Part shown: positions 22,299 through 31,777 of the stretch, piece after piece | Layout: every line of letters begins with the position of its first letter | Numbering within the stretch: position 1 is the stretch's first letter | Assembly: GCA_963674695.2 (NCBI GenBank) | Contig: CAXXGI010000002.1 | Coordinates: forward strand, 32,001-96,000 | DNA: 64,000 nucleotides | Origin: a bacterium | GTDB lineage: Bacteria; UBA10199; 2-02-FULL-44-16; JAAZCA01 | Direction: 5' to 3' | The notes under the pieces: generated by a model | Databases searched by the model: none | Seen by the model: the letters and a program-made list of their open reading frames with translations, nothing else | Told to the model about the DNA's origin: nothing | Made by a program: the position numbers and the translations under genes

Positions 22299-23507
22299 AT
22301 GGAACACCGCTTCACCGTTCCCCCGCAGGAAGCGGGCGAACGCATCGATACGTGGCTGACCAAGAAGTTGGGTCACTACTCCCGAAAACAGATCAAGGCG
22401 CTCCTCGATGGCGGCCGCATTATCGTCAACCGTCGTCGTGTGCTCATCGCCGGCTGGGAACTCGAGCCCGATGACAACATCGAGGTGCGCATTCCGCCGG
22501 GGTTTGACAAGCGGCCTGAAGGCGCCGAGGCCCCAACACCGAAGGCGCCGCGCGAACAAGCGTCCCCGTTGAAACACGAACACGGCGAACGCGTCAGCAC
22601 CTCGATCGATCGCTTCCTCGAGCGGAGCAAGGATCGCCGTCAACGAGCCGACGAAGCGGCGCGCGCGGAACGCGAGAATTCCAAGGGGAAGGCGCCGGGC
22701 GGAAGACCGAAGGGCAGAGGTGATCGCGCCAAGGAGAAGGGGCAGGGCGAAGGACGGCAGAAGGGGCGCGAATGGCTGCACGTCTATCATGAGGATCGCG
22801 ATATCATCGTGGTGGAAAAACCCGCCGGCATCCTCTCCATTCCGCCGAAACGCGAAGAGGGCAAACCCCAGGAGGCGCGCGGTGGGCGCCGGAGTCGGCG
22901 TAACAGTCGCGATACGCTCTTGGCGCAGGTGCAGCGCTATGTGCGTCGGCGTCATCCGGATGCAAAGGGCGTCTTTGTCTCGCCGCTGCATCGGCTGGAT
23001 GTGGAGACCAGCGGCATCATGGTCTTTGCGCTTTCCAATGCGGGCAAACGTCTCTCCCGTCAGTTTCGGGAACACACCATCGTGCGCGAATATACCGCTG
23101 TCGTCGGGGGGCGCTTAGAGAAGGAACAGGGCGTCATCGATCGGCCGCTCGAGAAGGGGAAGTACGCCGGAGGTCGCAAGACGCGCGAGGCCGAGTCCGG
23201 CGAGGGCCAGCGCGCGGTGACCGAGTGGCGCGTCAAAGAACGCTATGGGGATGCCACCCAGCTCATCGTGCGCGTGCGCACCGGACGCACGCACCAGATT
23301 CGCGTGCACCTGGCCGGCGAGGGCCATCCCGTCGTTGGCGACACCACCTATGGCGAGGGCGGGCGCAAGATGGCCTTCCGTCGCCACGCCCTGCACGCCC
23401 ACACGCTCTCCTTCAAGCATCCCAGCGGCAGTGCCAAGCTCAACTTCAACTCACCGCTCCCCGAAGATATGGTCAAACTCATCGACGATCTGCGCGAAGG
23501 GAAATGA
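22299..23507 (+). CDS. RluA/RluD-family pseudouridine synthase with S4 domain
   Basis: GERIDTWL..SRKQIKALL S4 domain; VVEKPAG, HRLDVETSG, TGRTHQIRVH, GHPVVGD, ALHA. Confidence 0.93.
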   Translation: MEHRFTVPPQEAGERIDTWLTKKLGHYSRKQIKALLDGGRIIVNRRRVLIAGWELEPDDNIEVRIPPGFDKRPEGAEAPTPKAPREQASPLKHEHGERVSTSIDRFLERSKDRRQRADEAARAERENSKGKAPGGRPKGRGDRAKEKGQGEGRQKGREWLHVYHEDRDIIVVEKPAGILSIPPKREEGKPQEARGGRRSRRNSRDTLLAQVQRYVRRRHPDAKGVFVSPLHRLDVETSGIMVFALSNAGKRLSRQFREHTIVREYTAVVGGRLEKEQGVIDRPLEKGKYAGGRKTREAESGEGQRAVTEWRVKERYGDATQLIVRVRTGRTHQIRVHLAGEGHPVVGDTTYGEGGRKMAFRRHALHAHTLSFKHPSGSAKLNFNSPLPEDMVKLIDDLREGK

Positions 23508-23521
23508 CAACACTTGCTGTC

Positions 23522-23640
23522 GTCATTCCCGCGAAGGCGGGAATCTCGATTTTCAAGTACTTCGAGATTCCCGCCTTCGCGGGAATGACAAAAATCAATG
23601 CGAGAACGACAAAAATCAAAGCGGGAATGACAAAAATCAA
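23522..23640. repeat. REP doublet followed by tandem ~21-bp partial copies
   Basis: GTCATTCCCGCGAAGGCGGGAATC...GATTCCCGCCTTCGCGGGAATGAC, then GCG(G/A)GAA(T/C)GACAAAAATCAA x3. Confidence 0.85.
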
Positions 23641-23658
23641 GCTCACAAGCCTTCAAAC

Positions 23659-26600
23659 TTACCTGCGTACATCGTACACACCCAGGTCGATGACGTAGCG
23701 CTTCCATTCAATTCGATTGTTCTCATCGAGGTAGTGATAGGCCCCATAGAGGTCGACGTCGAAGCGATTGGCGTCGATGCGCGTGAAGACGAGGCCGTCG
23801 CCGGCAAGAACCGTAAAGCCCATATCAGCCCCGCCGTTCTCACCGCCGCTCGGTCCAGCATAGGAGGCGCTGTCGCATTCACCGGCACCCGTCGGATCGT
23901 CGGATCCTGCCTTGACCGCATGGTTGTGCCAGTGCATCTGCCAGCCAAAGCGGGTTGCGAGGTAGTACGATGAAGGTACATAGGCCCCATCGAACCCCCC
24001 GACGAGCGCGGCGCGCTGCTCCTTGAGCTGTTTCTTCACCGCCGGATCGCCGGCCTTGGCGATCTGCTCGTCGATGAGACGGATGAGCTTTCGGTTTTCA
24101 TCGACCGTTCCCGACGGCGCGTGGACGATCGCCAGCGGATCGTAGAGAGAAGCGATGCCGCTGCCCTGACCATCGGCCTGCACCAGATACCCGCCGTATT
24201 CGGTCGATTCATCGGCATAGTCGGCTTCGATCTGTTTGTGGATGCCCTGGACGAATGCGGGTGTGTCCAGGTTGTTGAGGACCCACTGCATCTTGATGAG
24301 CTTGGCGATCGGGAGCGATTCCAGCGTTTCGCGGCTGACCGATTCGCGAAAGTGGTAGAGGCGATTTTTTTCGCGCCGTCGGATGGGCAGCATCGCGAGC
24401 TGATCCATCAGCGATTCGACGAGCGCCGCCTTGTTCCGTTCCCCCATGACGGAGGCATAGGTTTGCTGTGGCAGGGCATGTGTGTAAAGGGCATAGTCGT
24501 GGAGCGAGAACCCGTGCTCGGGGTCGTCGTCGAAGAACCAGCGACCGTTTCGTGATTCACGCGCCGCGCGCACGACGATCTCGCCCGATGCAAACCCTTG
24601 GCGATGCGACCGGAAGAATTTATCCTGCAGATCGTGACGAAACGTCGAGAGTGCGGCGAGATCCAGCGGGATTGCCAGCTGGCTCTTGGGCAGGATCATC
24701 GGATTGCGGTATTCGTCGAAGCGCCAATCGCGAAAGCGCTCGGCGAGCGCATCGAGCATGTCGAACGCACGTTTGCGTTCCATCGGCGGACGATCGAGGA
24801 TCGCCTCGCTCCAGGTCTGAAGGAGCTGGGAAAGCGATATGCTTTTCGTAAAGCGCTCATCGAGAAGGCCTCGCTCTTTGAGGTGCGCAAGCGCCGGAAG
24901 GACATCCGGAATATCCATGAGCGCGACCGACCCAGCCGCACTCAAGGAAATGCCCTTTGTGCGGAGCTCGCCGTTGAAGCTCGACCAGCGCGCATATTGC
25001 TCCTCGGTGAGCCCCAAGAGCGATACCGCCGATGGATCGTCCCCGTGTGCCCTCAGGCGTTCGGCCTGCTTCTCGGTCAGGCCCAGGAGGACGGAGTCGG
25101 CGTAAAATCGTGAGATGCTGAGGCCCGCCTTGTCCCAAGTGCCCAGCAGTTTGCGCAGCTTGCCTTCGCCTTCTTTGCAGAAGCGATCGAAGAGCATCTG
25201 AAAGGCATTCGATGACGTGAAGCGCAGTTCATCGTGCCGCTCGACCAGGATGTCGATGAAGGCACCCAGCGCATCCGACTTCTCGACGATGATCGCGCGA
25301 AGGGTCTCGAGGTGGGAGACAAGCCGCTCTGGTCCCTCTTCATTGTGGATGTAAATCTCCAGGGTCAAATGGCGAAAGAACAGGTTGAGCAACCGCTCCC
25401 GGCTCTCTTCGGAAAGCGTGTCCAGACTGCGCTCGATGGCGACGAGGGCCTGATGGACGCGTTCGTCGTCCAGGAATGTCCGAGCGGGGATGACGCCGTG
25501 TTGCGCCTCGTTATTGCGCACGATCGACTGCACCATCTGTGCAGAAAGGGCGCGCGTGACCCGTGGTGCCTTCTGCAGAAGTTCCATCGGCGGGCGGGCG
25601 AGGAAGAGGAGCGCGATGATGGCACCCTCTTTGCGCCCTTGCATGGCGTTCGAGTCGATCGCTTCTCGCTCGATGAGGGCAAGCTCCGCATCGGAGGGGA
25701 CGCGGCCGTTCGCGCCGAGGATGAAGTGCCGGAGCAGATTTCGCTTCAGGGCCGCGTGCGCTTCGGGTTTGTCGCGCAGGAGTTCCGGCCGTTCCAAGGG
25801 GATACGGCCCGCGACGCGTTCGGTCCAGGCGTCCAGACGCGCCAGCTCCGCCTCGGTCGGCCTGGGTGCGCCTGCGGAGATGGAGGGTTCGAAGATCTGT
25901 TCGAGGTGATAGAGGGTATCCCAGATTTCACGCCGGAGTTGATCGTCGTTTTCGATCGCCTCCGGGAGATCATAGGTTTGGGATGTCGCGGCGAGCCCCA
26001 CCCAGAAGGCCTTGTCGGGGATGGAGATTGCATCGAGATCCGAATCGACGAGCTTCGGCCACGTCTTCGTCTCATGTCGCTCCTTGCCCAGGGCGGCGAG
26101 CAGGGCAAAGGGAAGACCTTCGAACCGCCGTCCGAACGTATCACAGAAATCGCCCGATCCCCGAGGAATGCACATGCCCTCGAGCGGTGCGCGGTACGCG
26201 TCCACCTGTTTGCGCCATCCGTCGAGCGTCCCTTCGAGCAGGCCCTTCGCGTCGAGTGCGATGAGCATCTTCGCGGTCTGCTGCGGATAGGCGTCGGGGG
26301 CGATCCTCGGGTAGAGCATGAATCCGAAGTACTTCGCGGACTGCACATAGAGGTGATAGATCGAGGCGCTCCCCGGGTCCCGTTCGAAGGGGATGAGGCC
26401 GAGCAGTCGCTTCGGATCGCCGCCCTGTCGTTCGATTTCGACGAAGAGGCGATAGATCGGGACGTACGACAACGAGGGCTTTGCGGTGAGGCTCAATGCG
26501 TCGTGGATCTGTCGGATATATGGTTCACCGTGTGCATCGAGCAGCTCGAGGAAATGGGACAGGCGCTGATTGAAGTCGTCGCCGAGGATGTGGATGAACT

Positions 26601-27582
26601 GATCGCCGTGCAGATCGAAGAAGTCTTTCGCGTTTCCGTCCTGGAGAAAGGGGAGGAGTTTCTCCATCGATGTATCGGCCGGGTTCGCGAGCTGCGCCAG
26701 GAGCGCCTCATCCGCGCGCTTGAGAACGCCCGCCCCCTCGAGGAGCTTCTCTGCGTCTCGGCGCTTGGCGAGCATCGTGAAAAGGGCTTCTCCCTCCTTT
26801 TGCCAGCGCGCATAGAGTCGTTTGTAGAGCGGCATCTTCTGAAAGCGAAACGTGCGCTCGAGGGTTGCGTCGACGCGCCGGATAAACGCGATGCCGTCCT
26901 GCCATCCGGCGATCGTCGCCATCGCCTCGACGGCGCGCGCAAAGCGCTCGGGCGCGCGTCCGTCGACGACAGGAATATTCGTATAATCGAACCAGCGGTT
27001 GAAGCCGCTATTGAATTCGTCGGGGAAGGCCTCTTCCAACTGCTCGATCAAGGCGATCGCCTGCTTGCCGTCGCCGGACACTTCACACAGGTCGAGGATG
27101 GCGTGCTCCACCCGGGGATGGGGCGGCAGGGCGTGGTAGCGCTGGCGCGGATCCACGCCCTTCACATCCTCGACGCGCGTCGGAACCATATAGAGGTGCG
27201 ACATCAGGCGATGCCGCACGCGCACGACATCCATCCGCCAGCGCTTGCGCTTGGCAAACATGGCGGGATCGGCCAGGAGCGAGAGCTGGCCATGCCACGC
27301 CGCGAGGTTGTCCCGCCCGTATCGGGCGACCCAATCCTGTCCCACGCCGTGCTCGTCGTCGAAGACCATCGCGATCGCATCGGCGTATTCGATCTGTTCG
27401 GCTTCTGAGAGGGAGCGCGGTTCGAGGATGAGTTCGATCGCCTGCGCGAGACGCTTGGCCTCTTCGGGGTCGTCGAGTCGGGAGTTCGGATTGACGGTGC
27501 GATCGGAGAGAAAGCGCGTGAGGTCGCGGTTGATATTCTCCGGTTGGGCAACGCTCTGACGCGGGCGAGTCGGTCCGGGCAT
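23659..27582 (-). CDS. Large hypothetical protein (1307 aa) with candidate C-terminal JAB/MPN-like metalloprotease motif
   Basis: Long ORF with GGAG RBS; C-terminal EYGG...WHNH...GPS...D pattern. Confidence 0.75.
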   Translation of the reverse strand: MPGPTRPRQSVAQPENINRDLTRFLSDRTVNPNSRLDDPEEAKRLAQAIELILEPRSLSEAEQIEYADAIAMVFDDEHGVGQDWVARYGRDNLAAWHGQLSLLADPAMFAKRKRWRMDVVRVRHRLMSHLYMVPTRVEDVKGVDPRQRYHALPPHPRVEHAILDLCEVSGDGKQAIALIEQLEEAFPDEFNSGFNRWFDYTNIPVVDGRAPERFARAVEAMATIAGWQDGIAFIRRVDATLERTFRFQKMPLYKRLYARWQKEGEALFTMLAKRRDAEKLLEGAGVLKRADEALLAQLANPADTSMEKLLPFLQDGNAKDFFDLHGDQFIHILGDDFNQRLSHFLELLDAHGEPYIRQIHDALSLTAKPSLSYVPIYRLFVEIERQGGDPKRLLGLIPFERDPGSASIYHLYVQSAKYFGFMLYPRIAPDAYPQQTAKMLIALDAKGLLEGTLDGWRKQVDAYRAPLEGMCIPRGSGDFCDTFGRRFEGLPFALLAALGKERHETKTWPKLVDSDLDAISIPDKAFWVGLAATSQTYDLPEAIENDDQLRREIWDTLYHLEQIFEPSISAGAPRPTEAELARLDAWTERVAGRIPLERPELLRDKPEAHAALKRNLLRHFILGANGRVPSDAELALIEREAIDSNAMQGRKEGAIIALLFLARPPMELLQKAPRVTRALSAQMVQSIVRNNEAQHGVIPARTFLDDERVHQALVAIERSLDTLSEESRERLLNLFFRHLTLEIYIHNEEGPERLVSHLETLRAIIVEKSDALGAFIDILVERHDELRFTSSNAFQMLFDRFCKEGEGKLRKLLGTWDKAGLSISRFYADSVLLGLTEKQAERLRAHGDDPSAVSLLGLTEEQYARWSSFNGELRTKGISLSAAGSVALMDIPDVLPALAHLKERGLLDERFTKSISLSQLLQTWSEAILDRPPMERKRAFDMLDALAERFRDWRFDEYRNPMILPKSQLAIPLDLAALSTFRHDLQDKFFRSHRQGFASGEIVVRAARESRNGRWFFDDDPEHGFSLHDYALYTHALPQQTYASVMGERNKAALVESLMDQLAMLPIRRREKNRLYHFRESVSRETLESLPIAKLIKMQWVLNNLDTPAFVQGIHKQIEADYADESTEYGGYLVQADGQGSGIASLYDPLAIVHAPSGTVDENRKLIRLIDEQIAKAGDPAVKKQLKEQRAALVGGFDGAYVPSSYYLATRFGWQMHWHNHAVKAGSDDPTGAGECDSASYAGPSGGENGGADMGFTVLAGDGLVFTRIDANRFDVDLYGAYHYLDENNRIEWKRYVIDLGVYDVRR

Positions 27583-27613
27583 AATTCATCTCCAGGACCC
27601 CCGCCCTATTCCT

Positions 27614-27641
27614 ATTATCGTCAGGAGACGAACAAAGTTGT
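27614..27641 (-). promoter_or_regulatory. Putative alternative-sigma promoter (CAACTT-N14-CGAT motif)
   Basis: ACAACTTTGTTCGTCTCCTGACGATAAT, about 32 nt before ATG 27582. Confidence 0.6.
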
Positions 27642-27710
27642 GTTGGAAAACAAACAACCTAGAGGTGACGTGCGGGTGCTGACGGCAAATGAACATGGCC
27701 AGGAAATCGG

Positions 27711-28853
27711 TTATATCGGTGGTGTCCAAGCCTGCGCGATCGCGACGGTGTCGTTCGATGCGATGCGTGTGGTATTCGTTTCGAGCGCGACGATGTCGCC
27801 GCGACGGACGCGATCGAAGGCGGCGTTTGTCTCCGACGCATCGCGGTCGAGGCGCCGCACGCGACGGAGTTCGCCGTTCGATCCGCACAGGACGAGTTCG
27901 ATCTTTCCCTTCGAGCGGATGGGGCTGGAGACGACACGATGGAGTGTATTATGGTGCCCCCGGTCTCGGGTCTCAGGTCTCGGGTCTCGAGTCAGAATGA
28001 GATAGGCCATCTTGAGAAACCGGTGATCCAGGCCGGTGAGCGCATCGATGCGTGCGATGAGTGGGGGACGTTTCCACTCGCAATAGAAGTGGCACCAGTC
28101 GCGCTCGTTTGCGGCGAGCATGGGGCAGGATTTCTGATGGAGGCAGGGCGCGATGACCTTCATGCCCTCCCCGGTGAGTGTGTCGCGCAATGCCATCAGG
28201 GGACGGGTCGTCTTGCGGAGCGCCGGGTCGATGATGAGGAGGCGGCCCTCCCGTTCGAGATGGTCGGCCAGGAGCGCGCGGGTAAACACGAGTGCTGTCG
28301 CCGCATCGTCGAATTCATTGAGGAGGTTGGCAGCACAGATGAGATCGAAGCGATTCATCCCGATGGCTGTGCCTGGATTGGTCGGATCGATCTGTGCTCG
28401 AATCGTTTCGAGCCCATGGTTTTTCGGTGCGACGCGATCGAAGAGTGCGCGAGCATCGGAGAGAATGTCGGCGTTCTGTTCGACGGCGGTGAAGCGAACG
28501 GCCGCATCGGGAAAGCGCTCGGCCAGAATAAGCGATGCGGCCAGTGTCACCGATCCGGGGCCGCTGCCGAGGTCCAGGATCGCAAGCGGTCGATTCGGAG
28601 GGAGCGAGAGGGTTTCGAACGCGGCTGCTAGGGCGTGCATCGCCTTTGCGGCATTGAGCAGGAGAAAACAGCCGACGTAGGCCGCACGCCGGCCGGGGTC
28701 GGCGAGATAATCCGCCGGCAGCTCGTCGCGCTCCTTGGTGAAGGCATCCGAGAGCGCCTTCACGCGCGCCGCGAGCGGCCCCACCGACCTGGCGTCAGGC
28801 AGACCCAGGTGCGCGAGCACGGCCGATTCGAGGTGATCGAGGGCGGAGATCAT
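27711..28853 (-). CDS. Rsm22-family SAM-dependent methyltransferase-like protein
   Basis: ILDLGSGPG motif I; APCLHQKSCPM...WCHF and KGKIELVLC Cys/His cluster typical of Rsm22/METTL17. Confidence 0.82.
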   Translation of the reverse strand: MISALDHLESAVLAHLGLPDARSVGPLAARVKALSDAFTKERDELPADYLADPGRRAAYVGCFLLLNAAKAMHALAAAFETLSLPPNRPLAILDLGSGPGSVTLAASLILAERFPDAAVRFTAVEQNADILSDARALFDRVAPKNHGLETIRAQIDPTNPGTAIGMNRFDLICAANLLNEFDDAATALVFTRALLADHLEREGRLLIIDPALRKTTRPLMALRDTLTGEGMKVIAPCLHQKSCPMLAANERDWCHFYCEWKRPPLIARIDALTGLDHRFLKMAYLILTRDPRPETRDRGHHNTLHRVVSSPIRSKGKIELVLCGSNGELRRVRRLDRDASETNAAFDRVRRGDIVALETNTTRIASNDTVAIAQAWTPPI

Positions 28854-29144
28854 GCCGCGATCATCGGTGAGAACGACGAAAATGTCCAGGCGTGTTGGCC
28901 GTCACGATTTTTTGGCCGGGTTGAATCGGTATTGTAACAGGGATAAAACAGGCCGCAGGGGTGGGACGCCAATCGGACACCTCTCGCTATTTTAAAAAAA
29001 CATGCCGGATAATCGTTTAATATTATATGCAAATTTTGAGGCGTCGGATTTGGGATCTATTTTTTACACACTATTTCCGAGAATGGTGCGATAGCCTCTA
29101 CGTGAAATGCTCATGAGGCCGTTCATCGCAGAAAGGAGATTTCC

Positions 29145-30248
29145 ATGAACGTACAACCATTCAATCATCCGTCCTCTCTGTACATCCTGCCGGATCTCGC
29201 ATTTGGAGATGTCGTGAGCACCGTGCAAAATTTTATAGGCGACCCTGTCGACGGAGATATTCAGGGTGCGGCCGTGAGCGTACAAAATTGTTTCGAGTCG
29301 GATGCATTTTCCTATCGTTCGGACAACGACCAGGTGCAATTGCGGTTGCCGAGTTCATCGGGAGCGAAAGAATATACCCGCGCGGAATTTACGGGGGTGA
29401 TGCAGAAGGGATTTTCCCGCTGGCTCGAGGATATCGCATTGCAGCCGAGGCTGCGGGATGTTGCCGGGAAAGAAAAGCTCAATGACACCTCTCTGCCGGA
29501 TATCGTCTCGGCAGGACTTCTGACGATGGAGTCGGTGGAGATGTATAATGAAGCCCTCTTGGCCGATACGCCCTGGAATCGCTTCATCGATCCACAGCCT
29601 CAGGAGCGCACACAGGGAGGATATCTGCGTTTAGGCTCGGAGGTGATTGTTGCGGGGATGGCAACGAGCGCGATCGAGGTCTTCGCAAACACGACAAGGG
29701 TCCTGGCACGTTTGCCCCGCGCCATGGCCAAGGGATATGAGACGGCGTTTCATTCGCCGCGCATCACGCCGACGCTCAAGGTGCTCATCGCTGCCGGGAT
29801 CCCGGGTGTTGCGGTTGCCGTTCCGCCCTCGGTGATGATCACATCGGGAATGTTGGGGTGGTATCGCGGAATGTTTGCGCGCGAGTATGGCATTATGGGG
29901 GCGATCGGTTTCGGGATGAACGACGTCACGCGTTTCTGGAAAGCGAGCGGCGTTCGGAATATCGATGCCCTCTCTGTGGCGGCAATGCGCAGGCTTCCCG
30001 ATCGGCAGGAACCGATCGGCGTTCGGGAGGCGGCAAAGATGTTGGGAAGAGAATCGAAGGGGTTGGGGAGGGAAGCGGCTGCAGGAGCAAGAATGGTAAA
30101 AACGGAAGCAGTGAAATTGGGGCGAGGGGTGATCGGAGAGGTAAGGGTTCTGGGGAGGGAAGCGATGAAGCTGAGGGGAGAGATCAGAGCGTTGAAGCGA
30201 CAGGCAAGAGGCCTTCTCCGGCTAGGGTATGAATTGTGGCCATTATAA
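29145..30248 (+). CDS. Hypothetical protein with amphipathic LGRE-type C-terminal repeats
   Basis: AAGGAG RBS; 367-aa ORF; repeated (M/K/V)LGRE/LGRG units. Confidence 0.65.
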   Translation: MNVQPFNHPSSLYILPDLAFGDVVSTVQNFIGDPVDGDIQGAAVSVQNCFESDAFSYRSDNDQVQLRLPSSSGAKEYTRAEFTGVMQKGFSRWLEDIALQPRLRDVAGKEKLNDTSLPDIVSAGLLTMESVEMYNEALLADTPWNRFIDPQPQERTQGGYLRLGSEVIVAGMATSAIEVFANTTRVLARLPRAMAKGYETAFHSPRITPTLKVLIAAGIPGVAVAVPPSVMITSGMLGWYRGMFAREYGIMGAIGFGMNDVTRFWKASGVRNIDALSVAAMRRLPDRQEPIGVREAAKMLGRESKGLGREAAAGARMVKTEAVKLGRGVIGEVRVLGREAMKLRGEIRALKRQARGLLRLGYELWPL

Positions 30249-31154
30249 TTCTCCTATGACCAACGCCGTTGTTTTATCAGAGGAGAGAAAGGTGCGGTGG
30301 GAGGAATGGGTGTTCTCTAATAATTGTTCCAGCTCCAAATGCGTATATCGATAGGAGATGGCGGTTACAATTCTCTGACCAGGGTGGATGGATGTGCGGC
30401 GCTGTACGTCAGGAGGAATGTTCGAGACGACGAACTGCATCTCGACGCGGGAATTGTTGAAGGCAACTTCATACCGAACGGCTTCCGGATTAAAACCCAA
30501 ATTCTTGAGCGGCCCGAAGGCCACCGATTCTGTCTGTGCATTCCGATAGTGCGAGAGGATGCGTTCGGTCGAGTTGGTTTTCGTCACCAGCTCGCTGGCC
30601 AGCAGCGTCTGTCCCCGCCCGGCGGAGATCTCCTTGAGCCGGGGGAGGATCTCCTCGGGCGGAAAGTTCATGAACGTCAATCCGATCATGCAGAGGATCT
30701 CCTCCGTCCTCAGATGCGGTGCGATCAGTCGAGCGCATTCCTCGAACGAGGCGTGGATGGGGGTTGTTCGTCGTGAAAAGTCGGCCATCTCACGGGCGGC
30801 AATAGACAGGAACGGTTCGCTGATATCGACGGGATAGTAATCGAGGGCGATGCCCCTTTGCTGAAACTCGTGAGCGATCGGCAGGCTCTTGTCGGGAAAT
30901 CCGGGGCCGAGGTCGATGAGCGAGACCTCCGATGTGACGTCGTCGAGAATCTCGTCGAGGTGTTCACGGATGAGCTGAACCGTCGGGCTGTGGAAAGCAT
31001 TCACGTAGTCCGGATTGTTCATGGCATCGAGGTAGCGGTCGGACTGTTCCTCGGAGAGGTAGAGCAGGTGCGGCTCGATCAGGAGCAGGCGATCGGAATC
31101 GTGAGAATCCGCCTTGAGGCATCGGAGGGTTTCCTCGAATGGGGAATGGGCCAT
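30243..31154 (-). CDS. EgtD-like (Methyltransf_33) L-histidine N-alpha-methyltransferase family protein
   Basis: LIDLGPG..DKS, YYPVDIS..FL, GLTFMNF, RVEM, ISYRYT resemble EgtD motifs. Confidence 0.7.
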   Translation of the reverse strand: MAHSPFEETLRCLKADSHDSDRLLLIEPHLLYLSEEQSDRYLDAMNNPDYVNAFHSPTVQLIREHLDEILDDVTSEVSLIDLGPGFPDKSLPIAHEFQQRGIALDYYPVDISEPFLSIAAREMADFSRRTTPIHASFEECARLIAPHLRTEEILCMIGLTFMNFPPEEILPRLKEISAGRGQTLLASELVTKTNSTERILSHYRNAQTESVAFGPLKNLGFNPEAVRYEVAFNNSRVEMQFVVSNIPPDVQRRTSIHPGQRIVTAISYRYTHLELEQLLENTHSSHRTFLSSDKTTALVIGEL

Positions 31155-31172
31155 GAGAGCGCCTTTGGAACA

Positions 31173-31211
31173 CAAACGGCCGGGAAGGACATCATGCCTT
31201 CCCGGCCGGTT
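31173..31211 (-). terminator. Hairpin terminator after tRNA-Leu
   Basis: 12-bp stem CGGCCGGGAAGG/CCTTCCCGGCCG followed by TTTGTGTT on the minus strand. Confidence 0.7.
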
Positions 31212-31217
31212 GCATTG

Positions 31218-31299
31218 TGCCCAGGGCGGGATTCGAACCCGCATGGGTCGCCCCACACGCCCCTCAAGCGTGCGTGTCTGCCAATTCCACCACCTGGGC
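31218..31299 (-). tRNA. tRNA-Leu(GAG), CCA not encoded
   Basis: GCCCAGG acceptor stem, GGAATTGGCAGAC D-loop, CACGC-TTGAGGG-GCGTG anticodon arm, variable arm, GGTTCGAATCC; typical position after secG. Confidence 0.95.
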
Positions 31300-31377
31300 C
31301 AATTTTCAAAACAACATCCGTCGGCTGCTTTTCCAACCGGCGCGTCTCTAGCACCGGCGATTTGTCTGCGCAAGCCC

Positions 31378-31746
31378 CTATTTCTTCGGTGCTTCTGTAG
31401 CCTTTTCGGCGGGGACCGCTTCCGTTGCCGGTTCGAGTTTGTCTACTTCCGCCGTTGCCGCTGCGGTTGGCGCTGTTTGCTCTGTCACCGCGGCTTTGTC
31501 CATGACCGACGTTCCCGTCTGGGTCTTGGCGATGTGCGCCAGCCAGATCGAGGTCACCAGAAATCCGGCAGCGACAAACGCCGTGGCCTTGTTGAGAAAT
31601 GTTGCGGGGCCACGACTGCCGAAGACCGTCTGGGATGCACCGCCGAAGACGGCGCCGACGTCGGCACCCTTTCCGGCCTGCAGCAGGATGACGACGATCA
31701 GAAAAAAGCAGAGCAGATAGTGTGTAATGATGAGCAGTGTTTCCAT
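31378..31746 (-). CDS. secG: Preprotein translocase subunit SecG
   Basis: ILLQAGKGADVGAVFGG..TVFGSRG..FLNKAT. Confidence 0.95.
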   Translation of the reverse strand: METLLIITHYLLCFFLIVVILLQAGKGADVGAVFGGASQTVFGSRGPATFLNKATAFVAAGFLVTSIWLAHIAKTQTGTSVMDKAAVTEQTAPTAAATAEVDKLEPATEAVPAEKATEAPKK

Positions 31747-31777
31747 GTTATGACACCTTTCTTTCCCCACGATTGAA

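Noticed and set aside
23522-23640. Possible CRISPR array
   Set aside because: Units are inverted REP pairs and short tandem partial copies without unique regular spacers; no cas genes in the window
25234-27408. 724-aa plus-strand ORF, and similar long ORFs at 19866..21356, 35179..36498, 40861..42099 and 55562..57856
   Set aside because: Antisense shadows of better-supported genes, expected in high-GC DNA; no recognisable motifs
29066-29095. Tenth copy of the CAACTT/CGAT motif before gene 29145 (CACTAT-N14-CGATAG)
   Set aside because: The upstream half matches poorly, so it was not counted; no match was found before 4505 either
28860-31218. Prophage or ICE at tRNA-Leu
   Set aside because: No integrase, phage genes or duplicated tRNA 3' end seen
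31300-31373. Track ORF 30243..31373 extending across the tRNA
   Set aside because: The extension overlaps tRNA-Leu and its terminator; start placed at ATG 31154
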